Below are positions 14,743 to 34,890 of a stretch of 64,000 nucleotides of DNA, piece after piece. Each line of letters opens with the position of its first letter. Position 1 is the stretch's first letter. A model generated the notes under the pieces. It was not told where the DNA came from. It was given only the letters and a program-made list of their open reading frames with translations, and did no database searches. The position numbers were made by a program, and so were the translations under genes. Source of the DNA: the human T2T-CHM13v2.0 reference genome, Homo sapiens; the NCBI RefSeq assembly GCF_009914755.1, contig NC_060930.1. One strand, written 5' to 3'.

Positions 14743-17491
14743 ATAGGGAAAAAAGATAGTTTAGTAAGTTGCCCTTGCACTCACAAAATAATTTAACTTT
14801 AAAAAATACATAATAATTTAAAATGGTAAACTTTGCAGAAATGGTCCTCAGTGATGTCACAAGTGGCTGTGAGCATGTTCTGTGAACTGTTCTTACACAA
14901 AACAAGCCTGCCTTTGACACCTTTCTTCCCCCAAACCAGCTGGTAACACAACCCTCGGTGAAAAAGTATTGCACTTTTTAAGGGGTAAATTCTTCAGGTA
15001 TAAGATCAGTGTTTCATGCGTAGAACTTGCTTAGCCATGACTGAAATCCTATATTTAGCAATTTCCTTTTTAATTGTTGTGCCCACCTCCTTCCCACTGG
15101 GTTTAAGGCTAGTACAGACACTTGGGCACCTTGTGCCTGGCCCCATTGGTGTCCCCTGTGAGGGCTGGTGAGGGCCGATGGGCACCCTGGCCTGGCTGGG
15201 TTCTCTTTGCTGATTGATAGCTGGCTGTGTGGAAGATGACCTGAGTTCACAGAAGCTGGCCTAGCCCCTGCTCAGGTGTGAGCCAAGGATGTTGAGGCTG
15301 TTTCCTGCTGTGGGGAAGGTGCAGGGGCTGAGCAGAAGCTGGCCCTTAATGTAGAAGAGGCTGCATCCTTCATTCCATGCCCTCCGCTTGCAGTCATTTT
15401 CCTTTCTTTGCCCATGTCCAAGTCCCTCTTGGACAGAAAAATGCCTGGGGACACTCTGTTGGATTCCAGTAACTGACAGGCCAGCCAGAACTCAGAGCCT
15501 CCCTTCCCTCCAGTGCCCTTGAGGGTCAGGCTGCCATCCTGTATGTCCTTTCTCTGGACAATCGGGCCACCCACTCTGCCCCTGACTTCCAGAGTCATTC
15601 CTGGGAATCCACCCACCTCGCAGAGGGGAAGCTACTCTTAGGAAGTCCAAGATGACTTTCTGTCATTTTTCTTCCTGCAAAAGTAGAAAAACCATTACGG
15701 ATTTGATCTCTGTGGGCACGCTATTAAATGTTTAAAAAGTCAGCCACACAAACAAATGAAAAGATCGTTGTTTATGCGCAGCCCACAGCAATTCATCATG
15801 GTCTAGAGGAGCGGGCCTGGATTCGGGGTCAGGGGAGCTGGGTTCACCAGTCTGCCCTGTTGCCTGCTGCGTGAGAGGTCTTGGTTAGGAAAGTCACTGA
15901 ACCTCAGTCTTTTCATTTGTTAAGTGGTGCATGGTGGGGAGGGGAGGATAGGAGAATACCTACCTCAGAGATAAGTATTTTATTGAGCTATAAAATTAAA
16001 TCAACCAAAATCAGTAGCTGTTTGTATATTTTTGACAGTTTAATGTAGCCCCAGAATTTAACCTGTATCATAGAAGGGAGGGGAAAGGGAGCCCCCAGAA
16101 AGAATCTGAAAATGTCTAGAATGAGCTTTTCCTCAGGTTCAAACAATACATTCTAACCTATTATGAACCTGCTTGGTGGTTTTAAGTTTTGCAGCGGTAA
16201 CTTACCCTCTCTCCTTCTTTTCAAGTCTTGCCTCTTATTCCCACCCACCCCTCCCCAGCCATCTGTCCTTTTGTTCATCCTTAGAGTCCAGAGGCGCCAT
16301 CTGGTTCTCTCCTGGATGGCCTGGGGGTGTCAGATGCCAGGAAAAGACAGAAGGGTCCTGAACTGCAGTGTCTCCTCAGGGGGCAGAATCCACAAAATCA
16401 TCAGCCTTTCACCACCTGGGTGAACAATGCTGTATGTTTTTCCCTTAGGTTACTGTGTCAAAACAACTGTCTGACCCAGGTGAGAAAGTGGGGAGGAGGA
16501 AAGGTGCATCTTGTGGCATGAACATTCAGTCCACAGCTGCAGTCAAGTTGGGGGTGGGGTGGGGTCTGTTACACTTAGGGGAGGAGCATCTCATTAGGCG
16601 TATGGGGGCTTGGTTTTAGGATCAACTACTGCAATGATTCCATTGCTTTGGAAAGGGTCACTTTGAAATTTAGTTGTTGAAGTCAGATGTGCAAATAAGT
16701 TTAGAAATATCCATCACCAACCAAATAGGAAGACTTCTAAAATCCTTTTACTCTCTTGGTCAATGGTCTCCGAGCCATACTTGATCATTCATTCATTTGT
16801 TTATAAGTGCCTGCCACTGTAGGCCCCTGCCCAGGACTGCATCCTTTGGATCAGGCCCTGAATATCCATGAGCCCAGCCAGATGTTGGATTCCTTACGGC
16901 TGCTGGTCACCAGCTTATTTGGAAGCCTGGTTAAAAGCACTACGTCTTCAAAGCTTTTCCCCGCTCTGAGATAATTGCCTGCCTATCACCTGATGAAAAC
17001 CCAAACTTGTTTCATTTTGTGTTAGTAAGAACTAGCTACTGGTAAGCACTTATTTAGTTGTATAACTGCTTTTCAATTTTGCATTTAAATTCTGAGAGTC
17101 CCTTAGATTCTATCATTCGGAAACCTGACTCTAAAAATACCAAATTATAAAGAAATTATGGCACAATAAGTATTTTAATCACTTTTTATAGCTTGCAATC
17201 AAGTTGACAAATACAAAAATTACTTGAGTATTATATTTAAAAACATCCTGTAATGAGTGCTCTTGTTTTCCATGTTCTTGGAATATGATGAGTTTTGCTC
17301 TGCATGCTGCTTAACGATAAAGGAATATGAGAAGAGTGGTATCTTCTAGCCAAACAACCTTTCATTTCTTTATTTAAAAAGCCCTCTTGATGGGTTTGTA
17401 CCTTCTCAAAGTAACTTTCAGCAGTGTTCTCTTATGAAGCTTACTTTCTTAATCATAATGTAATTCCATAGGAACCTTACAGGTGTCTGTC

Positions 17492-17717
17492 TTCAGAGCA
17501 TAGAGCAGTGTCTGGCATATAGGTATCACTCAATTAAAATAGAATGGATAAATGAATGCAACATACATAGAAGCAAGTGGGAATCAAGATAAGCAATTAA
17601 GAATTCTCAATATCCAACAATCAACATGACTTATGTGGGATTACAGAGCTGACTGAAAAAGATCCTATCTATTCCTTTGTTATTAAGTCTTTGGCAGAGC
17701 TGTAAGGTGATTAAGGA
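17492..17717 (+). repeat. Left arm of a 226-bp inverted repeat
   Basis: Reverse complement of 18274-18499 with 7 mismatches and no gaps. Confidence 0.97.
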
Positions 17718-18273
17718 AGCCCTCCCCCATCCATCTCTGTCACAACAAGAAATGCATTGGGGGATAAATGGCCATTTATCTGTGGGATTGTAACCCAAGC
17801 CATTACCTTTTCCCTAACTTCCATTAATTTATCTTCTCTACACCTTAATAAAAACAGATTTAGATGTTCAATGAGAATGCTTAAATATTCCAGAGGGCAA
17901 CTTGTCACCATAATTTCCAAGGTTGTAAAAAAACACTGTATTTTTAGTTTATTAGTTTGCAGTTCAGTGAAATTATCTGCCATTGATGACATCAGACTTT
18001 TGGGAGGTCTGTGGCCACAGTTTAATTTGAAAGTTACAGTTAGAATCTGATGAAATCACAGTGGGTGTTGCAAGAGACACCCTTGCAGAAATTTGAAGAT
18101 TATCCTGAAACTGCTTAGTGTAGTCTTTTAAATAAGTATTCCCATGTGCTGTTCATGAATTATAATTAGCATGGGTGTTTTGTCATACTGTAAGCATTGT
18201 CAATGGCTTCTGTAAATATGCCTTTGCTTTATAATTACTTCATGTAACTGAACACCAGCCACAAATATGGTCA

Positions 18274-18499
18274 TCCTTAATCACCTTACAGCTCTGCCAA
18301 GGACTTAATAACAAAGGAATAGATAGGATCTTTTTCAGTCAGCTCTGTAATCCCACATAAGTCATGTTGATTGTGGGATATTGAGAATTCTTAATTGCTT
18401 ATCTCGATTCCTACTTGCTTCTATGTATGTTGCATTCATTTATTCATTCTATTTTTATTAAGTGATACCTATATGCCAGACACTGCTCTATGCTCTGAA
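18274..18499 (-). repeat. Right arm of a 226-bp inverted repeat
   Basis: Reverse complement of 17492-17717. Confidence 0.97.
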
Positions 18500-19489
18500 A
18501 CAGGCAGAAGTGTCAGAAAACAGTTTACCCAATGTTTTCCATCCAAATCCAATTAACCAATATTCCCAATTTGGAGCAACTCAAGACGAGCCATATATCA
18601 TTGAGGTGGAGCTGGCAAGCAATCTTGTGTGTTTGTTACTCTAAAAGTTAACTTCATTTAATTGTGGGAGATAACTCTTGGAAATTTATTTTAAAAGGAA
18701 AAAAATGATGTTTCTTTCAGCTGAGGATAAAATAACATGTTGTGAAATGCTTTGCAAAGTCTAAGATGCCACAGAAAGGTATAAAACTTTTTGTTGTTGT
18801 TCATCAACATGAAGATGCTCTGATTTTTGCTTTCTTCTGACTTTGATTTGATTTTTTTCAGAGATCAATATAGGGGACACAATTTTGGAAAGTGACATAT
18901 GGGTGAAAGTGAATCTGCACGAACAGAACCTGATCATGGTGGGACCTTTTACCTTGCCTTCCTTCCTTGGACAATTTTGGTCTCATTCTCATTTACTTTC
19001 CTCAGAGAGACTATTTAAAGGGAAACTATAACTACTTGCCTCAAACCATCACTGTGAAATAGACACTGGCAATTCTATAGTGTTTGGTTCCAATAAGACA
19101 AAAATAAACACAAATTACATCCATTTAACTTTTATTTTAAATCATCTGCTGGGATTCTGGTCTTCTTCTAGCAACATAATTGTGTATCAGTTAACAATCC
19201 AAGTTAGGAAGATTATAGGTATAATTTAAGGCAATAAAATGACTGGGGAACATTTTCTATAATTGTCAATTGAAATGAAATCTTTAGAAACAGCTGAATG
19301 ACTTTTGGCAAAGTTAAGCCTTGGCCAAACCAGCTGAAGATGATTGGTGATGTATCTAGCTCTCCAGATCATGTGTCACATTCTGGGCTCTGACTGTTGA
19401 TTGATAATGTGTCAATTATCTATCTGTTTAGCTACTCTAGTTTAGCTTACCTATCTACCTTTCTGATACTCCAAGATATTGGTTGGTAT

Positions 19490-19915
19490 TGTCTGTTTCA
19501 TTTAGGATACAGGTTTGGCTGCAAGTGACAGAGACCCAAAATCAAATGGCCTTAAATAAAGATAGTTAATTTTTCTTTCATATCAGAGTTCAAGATGGTT
19601 TAAGAACTCTGTTTTACTAAGTCATCAGGGACTTTTGCTTCCTCCTCATAGTCCGAGATAACTTACCTCCAGCTCTAGATTCCACCAGCACAGAGGAAGA
19701 AAGTGAAGTGAAGGGCCTGCCCTATCACTTCAAAAGCACATCCTGAAAGTTGTACACCTCACTACTGCTCGTATCCCATCAGCTGTAAGTAGATCACATT
19801 GTCATACCCAGATGCAAGGGAGCTAAAAAATATTTTCTCTATTTTGGTTGGCTGTGTGCTCAGATAAACAAACAGATTTTCTATTACTGCAGAAAGAGGG
19901 GAGAATAGATATTAG
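19490..19915 (-). mobile_element. Old ERVL/MaLR LTR (LTR33/MLT1-like), approximate
   Basis: ggtttggctgcaagtgacagagacccaaaat...ggccttaaataa. Confidence 0.5.
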
Positions 19916-19993
19916 GAAGTGACTAGCGGTTTTTGGCTAAATATTGTATTAAACACCCACTCATCCTCAAGATCAATGCTTCAATTCTACATA

Positions 19994-20516
<523 letters not shown>

Positions 20517-20934
20517 GTAGAGAATGCTTTTCTAAGCAGCTAGATGGGAGGCTGGGCATTAGAGGAGGAAATGAGTCAGGAAGGCCCAGAAGCAGTCAGC
20601 TCCTCACCCTTGACTGCTGTGGTCCTTGTAAAGTCACTCCCTTACTAAATTCCTCTTCCAGAGGTTCTCCTGGGTGGCCCAGCAGCCAAGGCCATGTTGT
20701 TTGGTGGGAAGATTGTGGGATTATGAGTGGCCTTCCCCAGCAGCATACTTCATCCTTTTGTGACCTATTTTTTTCTGTTATATAAAATGAATTGGAGGGA
20801 GGGAGGGAGGGCAAATGACCTTGATGATCTCCTCCAGCCCTGCCACCTGAGAGTTCTGTGCCCTGCTGACTCCCTGGAGTCATGGTTTTGTCCTTCCCCA
20901 CCAGCAGCAGAGATGCTGTAGTTGGGAGCTTAAA

Positions 20935-21170
20935 AGAAAAGACCCCAGAGTCAAACAGAGTTTGGGTTTGAACCAAGGCTCACTTGCTAGATGCATGACC
21001 TTTGGTAAGTTGCCTAATTTCTCTGGGTCTCAATTTCTTCACCTATAAAGTAAGGATAATAAAGTCATCCTCACTGGACTGTTTGGGGAATTAATGAGGT
21101 GCATGTATGTGTGTAAAACACATAGCATAGTGCCTGGCATGAAGTAAATGCTAAGTAAATGCAGCTATTG
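20935..21170 (+). mobile_element. MIR
   Basis: ctcaatttcttcacctataaag...gcatagtgcctggcat. Confidence 0.75.
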
Positions 21171-21609
21171 CCATGTTGCATTTTGTAGTTCATTGGGACA
21201 CACATCATTTGGACAACTGTTTCTTTCCACATACCTATCTTTATTGACCCTCATATAAAGATAGGCCATGTATTTATTTTCTCTTTTGTGAGGTCTTACA
21301 AACCTCAGTCAAGAGAGACAAAGTTGGTACATAATTTTTCTGGAAATCTCAAGCCATCCTGACATAGAAAAAGGCACAACTCCATTCATAATGCTACCTC
21401 ACTCACACATCTCACTTGAGCCTTCTGCATAAGGGAAAGGCAGCTTTATTCCTATTTTCCAGGTAAGGAAACAAAAGCTTAGGAAGATCAGGTATCGGAA
21501 ACAGTATTACCCAACAACTCAATGGGGAACCTGGACTCAGACACTCATGTCTGAGTTAGATGTCTCCACAGAAACCAAGGTTTAGCTATCTTGTAAAAAA
21601 TCTGTTCTT

Positions 21610-21904
21610 GGCTGGGTGCGGTGGCTCATGCCTGTAATCCCAGCACTTTGGGAGGCCAAAGCGGGCAGATCACCTGAGGTCAGGAGTTCGAGACCACCTT
21701 GGCCAACATGGTGAAACCCCGTCTCTATTAAAAATACAAAAAATTAGCTGGGCATGGTGGCAGGCACCTGTAATCCCAGCTACTCAGGAGGCCGAGGCAG
21801 GAGAATTGCTTGAATCCAGGAGGCAGAGGTTGCAGTGAGCCGAGATTGAGTCACGGCACTCCAGCCTGGGCGACTGAGTGAAACTCCGTCTCAGGGAAAA
21901 AAAA
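21610..21904 (+). mobile_element. AluS
   Basis: TSD aaaaaatctgttctt. Confidence 0.96.
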
Positions 21905-23575
21905 AAAAAATCTGTTCTTTTCTGTTCCTCCCAATAGCCTATAAACTCCTTGCATCTCCCAGTCCTCACATTACCTTTGGATCTCCAGCACCTAGTCTGG
22001 CAGCTGGCACAGAGTGATGCTAAACAAATGTTTGCTGAATGACAAATGAAGGAAAGAAATAAAGCCTTTGGATTCTCTGCATTCTATGCATGACTTCTCT
22101 TTTGCAAGTGTTTGGAATCATGGCACCAATTTTATTGATGGAAAAGCTTCCTCTTCTGCCCCTGGGAACAAGGCTCAGCCTGCTCGTCACTGGTCCATTG
22201 CTTGCCAGCATGGAATGGTAGATGTGGCAAGGCAGGTATCTAATTCTCCACTGCCTTCCCTCCTCCTCCCTTCTTCTGGGGCTCCCCTGGCCCAGCTGTT
22301 CCCTTACGGTCCTAGAGTTATTTTTATAGGTGCTCTGCAGAGCAGATGTCCCTGAATGGGCATCCAGCTTCTCTTACTATAATGCCTTTTACTGAAACAG
22401 CTAATTACACTGCTGACATCCCTCGACCCCAAATATGGGGGGAGGGAAAAGATGAATCAATGTAATGGGAGAATTCTGCCTCTCAGACCTCACACTCTCT
22501 CTCTCCCCTTCACCCCCATAGATTACCCACTCCCACCCCTCACTGTCAACATTGGTGTCTGTCAGCTGGTGGTTAGACACTTGAACAGACTTTGCCAATT
22601 ACAGAAGTCACACCTCTTGGTTGGCAGGCGCACGCTATTGTGCCTGGGTTCCCAACAGGGAGCCATATAGCTTTTGGGCAAAGGACGTGCCAGGAAGGAA
22701 TAAGAGAGTGCCCCTGAGGGCAAACTGGCTTCAGGTGGGAGGCCCCGTCTGAAAGCTACTCTCAGGTAGACACACGATGAGCTGTCGTTTTATGTGGGTT
22801 TGATTTGGAGCTATTGTTGCTCCACTCCAAATCATCTTGATTTATTCAGGGGGAGGGTACTCTGAGTGTGTCTTGGCAGCATTAAGACCCTTCTGTTGTT
22901 CTTTTGTTCCTTATTACTCCTCCCCTCCTTCTCCCCCCTTTTTGGTGAACTCTGAGTTTTGCTGTTTTATACTGAGAAACCGAGCAGGGGAAGTAACAGT
23001 AGCAACTCCTTTGCAGTTCCGAGGGGCTTAGCAAAGCCCTCTCATATCACGATATCATTTGATCTCCAGGACAATTATGAATGAAGTCACAAGAATAGGT
23101 GGTGGTGTTTTCATTTTAAGGATAAAGACACTGAATTCCAGGAGGATTAAGGGACTGGTCTTCTACATGGTGGAGAAAAAAAAAATGGATTGAGAATTTG
23201 ACTATTAATCCCGGCAGTCCACAGGCTGTCTGCATGTCTTGGATTACTCAATTACCTCTTTGTCACTGATTTTCCTATCTGCAATTCCAGGGATCTTGTA
23301 GTCTTGTTGGACTTCAAGAGTCTTTACTTCCAAGTTCATTTAGTTTACAGTGACCCAAATGAGATTAGATCACCATGAGACCAAGTCCTACCACAGAAAT
23401 TGGTCCTTAAATGACCTCATCTTTTCATTTTAATTTTAATGACAAATTACAAACACACATAAAAGATAAGGGAGAAAAGTAAAAGGAACCCCCAGTGCTG
23501 TCAATCAGCTTTGACACTGATCATTTCACCTATCTTGTTTCCTCTAAACTTCTTTTAAAAAATCCGCAGTATTTT

Positions 23576-23972
23576 CTTTTTTAACATTTTATTTTACAAC
23601 ATTTTTAAAATTTGATAAATAAAATTATATACAGTTAATATGTACAGCATACATATTTGAAATACGTGAAATAACTATGTGAAGTTAATGCACATGTTAA
23701 TTAGCTCAAGCTAATCTTTGGAAAGGTTTCCACCATGCGGAAAGGTTAATTTGAGCTAATTAATATGTGTATTGCCTCACATAGTTATTTTTTGTAGTGA
23801 CAACACTTAAAATCTACTCTTTTAGCATTCTTCAGGAATACAATATATTGTTATTAACTTAGTCACCATTTTGTACAATAGATCTCTTGAAATTACTCTT
23901 CCTATCTAGCTGAAATTTTGTAATCTTTGAACACTATCTCCCCGACCCCCCTCCCCTTGGTGATCACCATTC
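23576..23972 (-). mobile_element. L1MA-like 3' fragment inserted in an older L1M
   Basis: TSD aaatc[c/t]gcagtatttt at 23560-23575 and 23973-23988. Confidence 0.8.
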
Positions 23973-24059
23973 AAATCTGCAGTATTTTAAAGTAAATCCA
24001 AGCTATCACATTACTTCACCAATACAAAGTACAGTATGCATCTTTACACAATAGGGATG

Positions 24060-30810
<6,751 letters not shown>

Positions 30811-30811
30811 G

Positions 30812-31330
30812 TGGATGTTTTTAAAAATACACAACCACCATGCCATTATCGCAGCCAACAAAATTAACTACCACTCCTTAGTAGTATCTATTACTCACGC
30901 TATATTCAAATTTTCTGATTGTCTTACAGATGTCTTTTTTATAGTTGGTTCACTTGGATTGGGATGTAAACAAGGTCCATACGTCATATTTGGTTATCTC
31001 TCTTCTGTCTCTATCATTTCAGTACTCCTTCTTTTCTTCTTCTCATGCTATTGATTTGTGGGAGAAAACAGGTCATTTGTCCTGGAGAATGTACCATATT
31101 CTGAAATTAGCTAATTGCTTCTCTGTTGTGTCATTTAACTTGTACCTCTGCCCTCTGCACTTCTTGTAAATGGGGAGGTAGGTCTAGAGGCTTGATCAGA
31201 TACTAGTTCAATTTTTTAACTCCTAGGTGGTGCTTTGCATATAAAGTCTGGCTGGCCATTTTTAGTGATTCTGAGACTGAGACTGATTAGAGGATTAAGA
31301 TATTATCAAAGGGATTTCTGTATTATAAAT
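30812..31330 (-). mobile_element. Old L1MC/ME 3' region (host element, resumes from 23990-24058)
   Basis: Sequence continues across the ggatgttt junctions; aaccaccatgccattatc...aaaattaac. Confidence 0.55.
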
Positions 31331-32500
31331 GAACTCATTTTTTATTTGCAGTTTTCTTTAGCCTACATGTTAACGGATCCATCAAAGTTTTAAAAGTGTA
31401 TCTGTCTTTACCCTATTCTGTTTCATCTTTTTTAGCCTTTTCCTATTTTCCATGGTAGATACTCATTTTCTTCCTCTCTCACTACTAAAGTATTAAAGAA
31501 AAATGAGAAGCGATATGCTTTTAAAAAAACCTCAGACATATTTGATTTGCCATAAGGACAATCTGCTACTCATTACAACAGTTATTGAGACTAATGAATT
31601 TTGTGTTGCTGTTTTGTAAGATTCTTGGTTGAAATTCTTACAAGTAATTGAAAATGTATACTTGGATAAATTATGTAAATGAAGGGCCTCAGAGAAAATG
31701 ATCAACAGTGTTCTCAGGAATGCAGCTAAGGATTTTTTTTTTTTTTTTTCCCAGTTAAGGGTTTTTAAACCATCCTTTTGCTTAGCAGGCATGCTTCTGC
31801 TTTTATTTTCTTTCCACACCAAGACAGGAACACACCCTAGTGGGTAACAGGCTGGAGGCAGGCAGAGCCAGCTGGGCAGGGGGCCTGTGTCACTGGGAGG
31901 CATTGCTGGTCTCACCAGCAGTGGAATTACATACTATGAAGGGCACAAATGAAGTCTGAGTTGTATCCATCACATGTGTGTCATCATTATATCACTTTAG
32001 ATCAGGGACAGTGAGACACCTCTCAGGACACATGCTGTTATAAAGAAAGCAGTAGGAACCTGTCAGAATTCCTTCTAGTTCTCTGTAGTTATAGTGGGTC
32101 TTACACAAATTCACATACATTCACACCACTGTAGCAACATGCTTTTTAAGGGAAGTCCTATTACAGTAATAGATAGTTGAAGATGGCTTTTAAAATATAA
32201 TACTATTCTTTGTGCCGGCCTGCCAGACGGGTTCCCTAGCTACTTGCCTTTCCTTAATTGCTTCTTCCTTCTTTCCTTTTAAGCCCCGGCTCTACCTTTT
32301 ACAATTAACGTGTGAGGCATTGAAACTCTTGAGCCTCAGTTGCTTGTGCCTTGCATTGGAGTTAAAATAATACATACCTGGGGTAAGCACTAAGGAGACA
32401 GCATATCTTTGAAGGCCTTGTAAACTGGGTAGCACTATACATTTGAATGGTGTTGTACTTGGCTCTTATTCTACCAAAACTTGACTTTAAAACCCTTTGG

Positions 32501-32947
32501 GGCCAAGTGCAGTGGCTCACACCTGTAATCCCAGCACTTTGGGAGGCCAAGACGGGCGGACTGCTTGGGGCTAAGAGTTCCAGACCAACCTGGGATACAC
32601 AGCCAGACCTTGTCTCTACTAAAACATGAAAATAAATAAATAACTAGCCGGGCGTAGTGGTGTGCACTTGTAGTCCCAGCTACTAGGGAGGCTGAGGCGG
32701 GAGGATCACTTGAGCCCAGGAAGTCAAAGCTGCAGTGAACTGTGTGGTGAGACAGGAAGAAAATGAGTATCTACCATGGAAAATAGGAAAAGTCTAAAAA
32801 AGATGAAAGAGAATAGGATAAAGACAGATACATTTTAAAAATTTTAATGGATCGTTCATGTGATGATGTCACTGCACTCCAGTCTGGGTGACAGAGGGAG
32901 ACTCTGCCTCAAATAAACAAACAAACAAATGAACAAAACCAAAAAAC
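32501..32947 (+). mobile_element. AluJ-like element with a 118-bp non-Alu insertion (32744-32861)
   Basis: TSD aaacc[c/g]tttgg; Alu sequence resumes at gatgatgtcactgcactccag. Confidence 0.92.
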
Positions 32948-32999
32948 AAACCGTTTGGTAGCTCTCCCTTACTTATGATGTAGTGCAGACTCTTTAAAG

Positions 33000-33425
33000 G
33001 GCTTATAAGGTCTATAGGATCCAGCTTCTCTTTCCTCTCCATCCTTATCTCTCCCCACCCTGGACTCTCAGTCCAAGCCTCCAGTCGTGTGCTGTACTTT
33101 CTCATCATCCTGGCTTTGCATATGCTATTTCCTTGGCTTAGATCATTGTACTTCACCTCCTCCTCTGTGCTTGGCTAATGCAACCCCAACCTTCTGTTTC
33201 TGTTAGATACTCCGTCGTCTGGGAAGATTTCCGTAATTTCCAAAAACTGTAGGGTACTATCAGAGAGCACTTATCACTCATGTTGTAATTCTATTTACTT
33301 GTGTTGTGTGTATTTTTTGAGGGCAGAAATCATTGTGGAGATAATTGTCTTTGTGGCTCAATATCCTAGCTCAGTGTGTAGCACATAGTTGCTGCCCTAT
33401 TTATTTGCTGCATAGTTGAATAAAC
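33000..33425 (+). mobile_element. L2 3' fragment
   Basis: cctagctcagtgtgtagcacatagttgc...gttgaataaa. Confidence 0.6.
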
Positions 33426-33647
33426 ACTAAGCTCCAACCCTACTTTCTTTTTGGCAAATTAATGTCTTGTTTCTCCAGCTTATTTTCCAGCTTACCTTAG
33501 AATGATCACCTCATCACGCTCAGTCTTGTTTCCTGTAGGGTTCAGTTTAGCATCTTATTCTATATAATCTTATTCTCAAATTTCTGGGTTCATCTTGTTA
33601 TTATTCTGAGTCCAAATGTAGGTAGACCAGGAATTCAACCCCTATTA

Positions 33648-34110
33648 TGTTAGTTGTCTATTGCTATGTAATAAATTACCCCAAAATTTAGCAGCTTAAA
33701 ACAACAATGAATGTTATCTCACACTGTTTCTATAGAGCAGGAATCCAGGAGCAGTTTAGCTGGGCTGGGTGGTTCTGGTTCAGGATCTCTCAGGAGGTTG
33801 CAGTCAGCATGTTGGCCAGGATTGCAGTCATCTGAAGGCTCGACTGGAGCTGGAAGAATCTGCTCCTAAGACGGTGCACTCACCTGGCTGTTGGCTAGAG
33901 GCCTCAGTTCCTTGCTGACAGCTGGCAGGAGGCCTCAGATTTCTACCACATGGAATTCTCCATAGGGTGTTGCAGGCGGCCTCACAACATGCAGCTGGAT
34001 TCCCCCAGAGTGATCCAGAGAAAGAGTACGAGGGAAGCCACAGTGCCTTTTGTCTTCAAAGTCTCACACCATCAATTTAGCTTCTTTTGTTTGTTTAAAA
34101 ATGAGTCACT
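33648..34110 (-). mobile_element. MLT1 (MaLR) LTR
   Basis: tattgctatgtaataaattaccccaaaatttagcagcttaaaacaac. Confidence 0.8.
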
Positions 34111-34699
34111 GTTCTAAGTGCTTTGCTTGTATTACCTCATTTGATCCCCAAAAGAATCTGAGAGATCATCTCATATTCAGATGGTGAAACATTTCCCAAA
34201 GCTAGATTTATCTAAGGTCTCTCAAAAAAGGCATAGAACCAAAATTCTAATGTGTTTTTGGATTCATTACCCTTTTCACTATGAGTGAATGACATGCCTC
34301 AGAGAGTAGGTTATGAACTAGGAGAATTTGAGCACATAGTGTGTGTCTATTTATATGCACATAAATATAAATGTATGACAACTGTAATAGATGAAAATCA
34401 TAGGCCATATACTTCTTAACATCTGTAAAAACACAGAAAAAAAAGGTAATAGGAAATTTCTTTTCAAGTCTACTTGGGAACTTGCTCAAATCCAATAGAA
34501 ATTACCTTTATCTTTTCCATTTTATTTAGGCAACTGTGCCATCCACCTTATGTTTAAGTTTGAGGGCTTCTTTGCCCTTCCATTGAAACATTTATTTTAT
34601 TAAACACATATAGTGTTTAATTTATTTTATTAAAACATCTATTTTATTAAAACATTTATTTTATTAAACACATATAGTACTATTCTGCTTTCATTAAGT

Positions 34700-34890
34700 T
34701 TATTAGCTTCTTATTAAATACTTTAATCCTCATAACAGTCCTAGGAGAAGGCACCAGTTCTTATTTTATTGATGAGGAGCAAAAAAGTTAAGTAACCTGC
34801 TAAGATTACATGGCTAGTGAGGGCAGAGTCAGGATTTGAACCCAGGCAGTCTGGCTTCTGTGCCCACTTCTTCACCTCCTCACCATGTCA
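34700..34890 (-). mobile_element. MIR
   Basis: gcagagtcaggatttgaacccaggcagtctggc. Confidence 0.75.

Noticed and set aside
17711-18050. 93-aa and 97-aa ORFs inside the inverted-repeat spacer as a recombinase or transposase
   Set aside because: No catalytic motifs or homology I recognise, and too short.
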